IMG/VR virus record: IMGVR_UViG_3300008255_000350
Coordinates: 1 to 30,262 of that record
Source of the DNA: a virus
Taxonomy: Duplodnaviria; Caudoviricetes
Length of the DNA stretch: 30,262 nt
Direction: 5' to 3' (one strand)
The first letter of the stretch is position 1, and the number at the start of each line of letters is the position of its first letter. Under the pieces are notes generated by a model. It had not been told where the DNA came from, ran no database searches, and saw nothing but the letters and a program-made list of their open reading frames with translations. Positions 25,152 to 30,262 of the stretch are shown in pieces. The translations under genes were made by a program, and so were the position numbers.

Positions 25152-26724
25152 TGCCGCCCTCCTGATCTGTGTCCGGTGTGTTTACATCGAGTGCGAGTTC
25201 TGGCTGAAGCGGGAGATTCGCCGCTTTCCGCATTTCGTTCTCGGTCTCAAGGCGTTTGATATTTTCCCGGAACCCTGAGCCGTTGTAGAGCTTGGCCTCT
25301 CTCTCGTTCGTAGTGTGCCCGAGGTCGAGCCGGGTCTTTACCGCGTTGACTTCCTTCACGGGGTCTACTACTGGGCGGCTGATTCCGTCCCATGTGCCAT
25401 GGAGCCACGCGCGGCGGGCTATCGGCAGGTTCCGGAATCCGGGGGCGTTGATATGACCTGCCGCGACTTCCTCGGAAAACCACGCTTCAAAAATGGGATC
25501 GAGAAATCCGAAAGCGAAGTCAGACCGGCGGCGGATGATATTGTTCCAGAAGAAAAGAATCTCCGCCCGGGCGGCTGAATAGCTTGATTGAAACTTCTGA
25601 CGGTAGGCCGAGAGCGGCATACCGATTGCCGAGCAGATCATGTTCTCGTGGATCTCAATGAACTTATCGTAATTCGGGTTCGGGTGCTGCGGCTGGAAAG
25701 CCTTCATGCTCTGACCCTTGCCGAGGTTCTGCATGATGAGGGCCCGCTTCCCTATCTGGACTTCCCGCAATCCCCCGCCTACTTCGTCGGTGGTCGTGTC
25801 GCTGGTTGACCCGGTAGGTCGTATCGGTATTTTCTTCTCACCGCCGACAGCCGTCTCAATTGAGGCAAGCCAAAGAGCCGAGGCAATAGAATTCTCAAGT
25901 TCTGAAATAGACATCTCTGTCAGGCGGTCGAGTTCGTAGACCATGGCCGCGAGTTCGGGGAATCCCCGGAATTGATCAAGCGTTTCCGAGTTGGCATCGT
26001 AGACTACAAAGCGGCGGCCTGACCTGGGGCCGAAAAATGGAACACGCTTAAGGGGTGCTCCCCACTGAGAGAGATCTTCTCGAATATGGATTGCAACCAT
26101 TCTCCCGGTTGAATCGTATTCGATCCCCTCTTTGATCTTTCCGCCCCGGGCCTTTATGCCTTCGAGGGTGATATTGTCGATGGGGCTCTGTATCTGATCG
26201 TTTGAAAGCATCTGAACCGTGAGGGGGTTCATCCTGTCGGGGGAGTTCATGTACCGGCAGATTCCGAATATCTCTCCCTCTTTCACGCGGAGTGCGTAGG
26301 CGCTTGCCTGCATCTGCTGGAAAGACTGCATCCCGCGAGAGTCCATTTCTTTGGAGGAGGTCGAGAGTTTCCAGCGGCTCTCCACATCCTCAGTCCATGC
26401 GTATTTCTGTTCGTCGGTCCAGTCGGATGCGCCGGGGATCATGCTCCAGAGGGGGGAGCATTCCCGTGTGAGGCCGGTATTGACTACATTGTCAACGAGG
26501 CGACGTACGATTCCGCGAGCTATCAGGGAGTCTGAATACACTCCCCGGGCATTCTCCCTCTGCCGGGAGTAATCGGTAAAGGCTGATTCTGTGTAGGTGA
26601 TATTTCCGTATTTGGTTTTCCCCGAGTTGAAAGAATGGGAAGACCTACGGTCCGAGTCGTGGTGATAGTGGTGGACGGTTTCTTTAATCCCGACACGCTC
26701 ACGGATTTTTTTAATAATTCCCAT
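25138..26724 (-). CDS. Portal protein, lambda gpB family
   Basis: IARGIVRRLVDNVVNTGL, GIEYDSTGR, QFRGFPELA, SSYSAARAE, VDPVKEVNA. Confidence 0.93.
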   Translation of the reverse strand: MGIIKKIRERVGIKETVHHYHHDSDRRSSHSFNSGKTKYGNITYTESAFTDYSRQRENARGVYSDSLIARGIVRRLVDNVVNTGLTRECSPLWSMIPGASDWTDEQKYAWTEDVESRWKLSTSSKEMDSRGMQSFQQMQASAYALRVKEGEIFGICRYMNSPDRMNPLTVQMLSNDQIQSPIDNITLEGIKARGGKIKEGIEYDSTGRMVAIHIREDLSQWGAPLKRVPFFGPRSGRRFVVYDANSETLDQFRGFPELAAMVYELDRLTEMSISELENSIASALWLASIETAVGGEKKIPIRPTGSTSDTTTDEVGGGLREVQIGKRALIMQNLGKGQSMKAFQPQHPNPNYDKFIEIHENMICSAIGMPLSAYRQKFQSSYSAARAEILFFWNNIIRRRSDFAFGFLDPIFEAWFSEEVAAGHINAPGFRNLPIARRAWLHGTWDGISRPVVDPVKEVNAVKTRLDLGHTTNEREAKLYNGSGFRENIKRLETENEMRKAANLPLQPELALDVNTPDTDQEGGNASP

Positions 26725-26954
26725 CAGCGCCTCACCTGGATTGATACGATACCCGCGTCAGACTGCAATTCCTCAAGGCGCTCTTCCCAATAGCGGCGTG
26801 ACGCTTCGAGAGCAGAGAGAGATTCCCGCGTCACCTGGACATCGCCCATTGAGTCGTTGAGACGGTAAGACCGACCTCCGGAGAGGACGTTGTCAATTGC
26901 GGTTTCTATCGCGGTAATTTTCGCTTCGATCTCGGCAACGGTGTAATGCGCCAA
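26724..26954 (-). CDS. Head-tail joining protein, lambda gpW-like
   Basis: AIDNVLSGGRSYRL...VTRESLSAL; TTG start with GGAGG RBS; precedes the portal. Confidence 0.82.
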   Translation of the reverse strand: MAHYTVAEIEAKITAIETAIDNVLSGGRSYRLNDSMGDVQVTRESLSALEASRRYWEERLEELQSDAGIVSIQVRR

Positions 26955-26976
26955 TCCTACCTCCGGTTTTGGGCAT

Positions 26977-27002
26977 AAAAAAACCGCCCTGTTTAGGCGG
27001 TT
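26977..27002 (-). terminator. Rho-independent terminator upstream of gpW
   Basis: Minus strand AACCGCC-TAAACAG-GGCGG followed by T7. Confidence 0.75.
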
Positions 27003-27023
27003 AAAAACAATTCAGGCGGTAAG

Positions 27024-27149
27024 CTACCCGGCCGGAACACGGTGCAGCTTTTCTTTTCTCAGCGGTTCGCCGTGGACATAAATGCGCCCCCGGTAAACAT
27101 GCATATCTGTCCGAGGCTGCATTGCCTCGATAAGATCATAGACCATCAT
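27024..27149 (-). CDS. Possible 41-aa protein (MMVYDLIEAMQPRTDMHVYRGRIYVHGEPLRKEKLHRVPAG)
   Basis: Starts 4 nt after the previous stop and ends just before the terminator; no clear RBS. Confidence 0.4.
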   Translation of the reverse strand: MMVYDLIEAMQPRTDMHVYRGRIYVHGEPLRKEKLHRVPAG

Positions 27150-27153
27150 GTCT

Positions 27154-27423
27154 TTATGCGATAACTCTGCCGGCGAATGAGTCGAACTCATCATCGAATG
27201 ATAGGGCCTTGATCGACCTGTTTCGGTTTCTGTAGCTTGTGCGTTCTGCGAGGCGCTTTGCAATTTCCTTACACTCCTTGATCTTTTTGGGGGTACCATC
27301 GATCAAGAGGAGAAATACTTCCTGTTTATAGTCGTCAGACTCAATCAGGTGGTTTCGAGAGCAAAGCGTGGATAGGTAGTCGATAAATGAAGAATTGTAC
27401 CAAAGACTTTCAACGTCCACCAT
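27154..27423 (-). CDS. Sigma70 region-2-like protein (ECF-like N-terminal half)
   Basis: SDDYKQEVFLLL (cf. AEDLxQEVFLxL), IAKRLAERTSYRNRNR (cf. IARNxxxDxxR), LSFDD (cf. SLD); GAGGGGAG RBS. Confidence 0.55.
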   Translation of the reverse strand: MVDVESLWYNSSFIDYLSTLCSRNHLIESDDYKQEVFLLLIDGTPKKIKECKEIAKRLAERTSYRNRNRSIKALSFDDEFDSFAGRVIA

Positions 27424-27504
27424 TTTTTTCTCCCCTCATATAGCTACTGGAAGAAAAAAGCGGTTTTACTCACTTTTTTGCGTAAAAACTTTTATCAGGT
27501 TTAA

Positions 27505-27759
27505 TCACGTTTGATCTATTTTTAAATATTCCTTTATCTCGCCGCATTTCTTTGAGATTATCCTACTTACCTTCTGCTGAGGTATGTCAAGCATGACAGC
27601 CGTTTCCTCCTGCGTATACCCCATCGAAACATAATAAAACGAGAGCTGCACCTCTTCCGGTTTGAACCGTAGCAGGAGAAACACGTCTTCAATCTTGCGT
27701 TCTGGTAAGCCGTACTCTCTCAGAATGTCGCGGAGTGTGATCTTCTGAATCTCTGTCAA
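27505..27759 (-). CDS. Sigma70 region-4-like HTH protein
   Basis: YYVSMGYTQEETAVMLDIPQQKVSRIISK; start overlaps the terminase stop. Confidence 0.72.
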   Translation of the reverse strand: MTEIQKITLRDILREYGLPERKIEDVFLLLRFKPEEVQLSFYYVSMGYTQEETAVMLDIPQQKVSRIISKKCGEIKEYLKIDQT

Positions 27760-29690
27760 TTTTCCCCTCCCAGGTAATCCCAGAAATTAGACCATGGGAG
27801 AATCTCTTCTTCTCCCAAAATATCCTCGTTTCTCATGACCGATTGAACGTACTCGCGGTAAGCGTAGACCATGGCAAGGGCGTACTTCCGGCAGTCCAGC
27901 TGCTCATTCCTCCCGGTAGTTTTCCAGACCATTTTGGCGGTCCCGTTTCGGTCATGCTCTAAAACTCGCTGTTCATTCGTCAGCTGAATAAAATGTTGCC
28001 GGGAATAATCAATCGGGAAATGGCAGAATCCTCGCGGGGAGACCCCTGATTCATACCGGCCCTTTGCGATAAACTGATAGACTTCCTGCTTGAAAAGATT
28101 GTCATTCACATCTATGCGGTAGTGCCTATGGCCGACACACTCAGCCGGGTTGATGTAGGTCCGGTCTTTGTTCAGGTAGTGCTGCCCCATGACAGGGTGT
28201 ACCCCTGATTCAAAAGTATCGCAAAATGTGTAAACGGTCTCTGAGATAAACCCGGCATCAATTGCCGAGAGTGTCGGCTGCATCCCGGCGTAATTTGTCG
28301 TTATTATTTCCCGCAAAGCTGACCAGCATTGATCATCTAGGTTTGAAGTGTTACCGGGTATTACGTGATAATTTATTGACCAGCTTTCGAAGTCGCGGCC
28401 CCATGCTACAATCTCGCATTCGATTCTGTTCTCCTGGATGTCCGATCCTATGGTAATCATCAGCGGGCGGGCGTCCTGCGGTAAGGATCCTGCGTGATAG
28501 GTTCTCTCCTGTGTAAGCAGCGCCTCAATCTTCGGCTTCCCTCCTCGGTCTTCAAACGGTTCTCCGAGAAAAGTATTTACCCAGTTTTGAAACTTGAGCT
28601 TCTGGAAGTTCTCATGCTTGATCTGTAGGTATTCAATTACCGCATTTTCCCAGCTGCGGAATCCGACAGGGGAGAGTAATCCGGGGATATGATAGCTCCT
28701 CATACCTGGACGGCGCGGGTTTGCCGTCGGCCTCCACTCCCCGCGAGGGAGGAAAAAATCCTTATCTCGGTTGGTCCATTCTCCGCCGCACTTCTCGCAG
28801 ATATACCTGACAGATGATGATGTTATCTCTCCATCTTTGTTGACTTCACAGATGAGCATGTCGTCTTCATCGTGGTCAAAATGTAGCCCGCCTGGTTCAT
28901 CTTTCTTGCCCCATTTGAGAAACTGCATATGACCGCAATGCTTACAGGGTACAAAGTATTTCCGCTGGTCGCCCTCTTTGTAGAGCTGAAGGATTTTCGA
29001 ATTGTGGGAGAATAGCGGGGTCGATCCCCAGAGTATTTTATAGCTCTCGGTGAAAGCGTCGACGCGGCGGCGGATCAAATATACCGGGTCCCCCTCCTTC
29101 CCGGTCGAGTCGCGGAAGGAATCTACCTCATCCACATTGACCTTCTTAAAACTCATCGACCTGAGCTTGGCGCCTGAGTTCGGACCGGCTGCAACAAGAA
29201 AGCCGCCGGGGAATTCTTTCCGGGTTTTTATGTCGCCGGTCTTCCGTTGCCCTTCGCGCTTTGATTGCGTCCCGATCTTGTGGGCGATCCCTGAATTATT
29301 TATCATCGAGTCAATGCGGAGTTCCATCTGAGTATCGGCAAGGCCAGCGTCACCTGTAACGTAAAGCATGGGCCCCGGGGCGATGTCGATTGTGTAGCCT
29401 ATCCAGTTCTCAATTCCGCCGACGGTAAACATTATCTGCGTTCCCTTCATGACGGCTACTTCCCTGACAGGTGAGCTTTCCGAGAGGCAGTCTACAATTT
29501 CCCGCATGTAGGGGCACACATCGAAAGAGTACGGGCCGGGGTATGGCGTCAGTCCTTCTGAGAGTGTCCGGTGTTCCTCTGCCCATTCTGAGACGGTTAT
29601 TCTTTCAATCCGAGTCGGGCAGGTAGCGAATAATTCAATCAGCCATTCGAGGGATTCGCGGCGCTTTTCTGCGGTGAATATCTCGCTCAT
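27756..29690 (-). CDS. Terminase large subunit, lambda GpA family
   Basis: VSEWAEEHR, PYMREIVDCL, MKGTQIMFT, VDEVD Walker B, STP, CKHC/CEKC, YHIPGLLSP, RNEQLDCRKYA. Confidence 0.95.
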   Translation of the reverse strand: MSEIFTAEKRRESLEWLIELFATCPTRIERITVSEWAEEHRTLSEGLTPYPGPYSFDVCPYMREIVDCLSESSPVREVAVMKGTQIMFTVGGIENWIGYTIDIAPGPMLYVTGDAGLADTQMELRIDSMINNSGIAHKIGTQSKREGQRKTGDIKTRKEFPGGFLVAAGPNSGAKLRSMSFKKVNVDEVDSFRDSTGKEGDPVYLIRRRVDAFTESYKILWGSTPLFSHNSKILQLYKEGDQRKYFVPCKHCGHMQFLKWGKKDEPGGLHFDHDEDDMLICEVNKDGEITSSSVRYICEKCGGEWTNRDKDFFLPRGEWRPTANPRRPGMRSYHIPGLLSPVGFRSWENAVIEYLQIKHENFQKLKFQNWVNTFLGEPFEDRGGKPKIEALLTQERTYHAGSLPQDARPLMITIGSDIQENRIECEIVAWGRDFESWSINYHVIPGNTSNLDDQCWSALREIITTNYAGMQPTLSAIDAGFISETVYTFCDTFESGVHPVMGQHYLNKDRTYINPAECVGHRHYRIDVNDNLFKQEVYQFIAKGRYESGVSPRGFCHFPIDYSRQHFIQLTNEQRVLEHDRNGTAKMVWKTTGRNEQLDCRKYALAMVYAYREYVQSVMRNEDILGEEEILPWSNFWDYLGGEN

Positions 29691-30196
29691 TCTAACTCAA
29701 GTTTTATGATCTTCTGTACCTCATCCTGCGCGTTCTTAATTGTCTTTTCGATTGACTTCCCGACCTCTTTCTCGATTCGGTCACGGAGTTTATTATCACC
29801 ACGTGCTACCCTGTTTCCGATCTGGAGAAAGTTGTTTTTTATCCCTGAGATAAAAGCGCCGAAGCCGATGGCAACATCATTGCGGTAGATCAGGCTGTAG
29901 GATTTTTCCTCGTGCTCCCGGTCGAGCTTCCGATTCTGTTTTTCTATTCTGAGGATTTCGACTTCCGTCTTTTTAGCGTCGAGTTCTTCCTGACTTAAAT
30001 CACCGTGGTCTGACTTGATGGTCTTTTCGAGGTCGCGGATTATGCTGTCGACCGCCGGAGATATGACATAGTTCCAGACTTCCGAGTTTAACAGGTCATA
30101 GTTCCCGCTCTTGGTCTTAGGTAAAGTAGCCCGGGAGACGGTTGACGGGGTGCATCCTCGAAGCTCTGCGACCTGGGCGCGGGTTACTTCAATCAT
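29687..30196 (-). CDS. Terminase small subunit (Nu1-like)
   Basis: N-terminal HTH (TRAQVAELRGCTPSTVSR), coiled coil, ATGA-coupled to the large subunit. Confidence 0.8.
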   Translation of the reverse strand: MIEVTRAQVAELRGCTPSTVSRATLPKTKSGNYDLLNSEVWNYVISPAVDSIIRDLEKTIKSDHGDLSQEELDAKKTEVEILRIEKQNRKLDREHEEKSYSLIYRNDVAIGFGAFISGIKNNFLQIGNRVARGDNKLRDRIEKEVGKSIEKTIKNAQDEVQKIIKLELE

Positions 30197-30262
30197 GACG
30201 TGCGTTCGCTCCCTTGAAAAAAATTGACTGTGGTGAAAAAGAAAATGCCCTTGCGACTAACC

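Noticed and set aside
481-29888. Plus-strand ORFs throughout the track
   Set aside because: Nearly all are antisense shadows of well-supported minus-strand genes, without RBSs or motifs.
30197-30262. cos site upstream of the small terminase
   Set aside because: Expected for a GpA terminase, but only 66 nt are visible and no cosN-like symmetry can be supported.

Overview
A 30-kb piece of a tailed (myovirus-type) phage genome with essentially every real gene on the minus strand and no host genes visible. In transcription order (right to left): lambda-like packaging genes (small terminase, GpA large terminase, gpW, portal, S49 protease/scaffold) interrupted by a possible split sigma factor and by an M15 endolysin/holin block; a Mu-gpT-like capsid followed by a sialyltransferase/Maf-like gene; a Mu-like contractile tail and baseplate; tail fibre; spanins; a phosphoesterase; a stand-alone tyrosine recombinase with a dif-like site; then an early operon ending in YqaJ/RecT. 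The highlight is in the early operon (3487-4916). A small solo RAMP/Cas7-like protein (4174-4764) and a partner gene are interleaved with three non-coding arrays of a fixed GGY triplet alternating with a variable dinucleotide, each bracketed by GGCAGGC. This looks like a compact RNA-guided system with a discontinuous 2-nt code and no CRISPR array. Directly downstream lies about 770 nt of ORF-poor sequence packed with tRNA-like T-arm modules. All family calls come from motif recognition by eye; no database searches were run.
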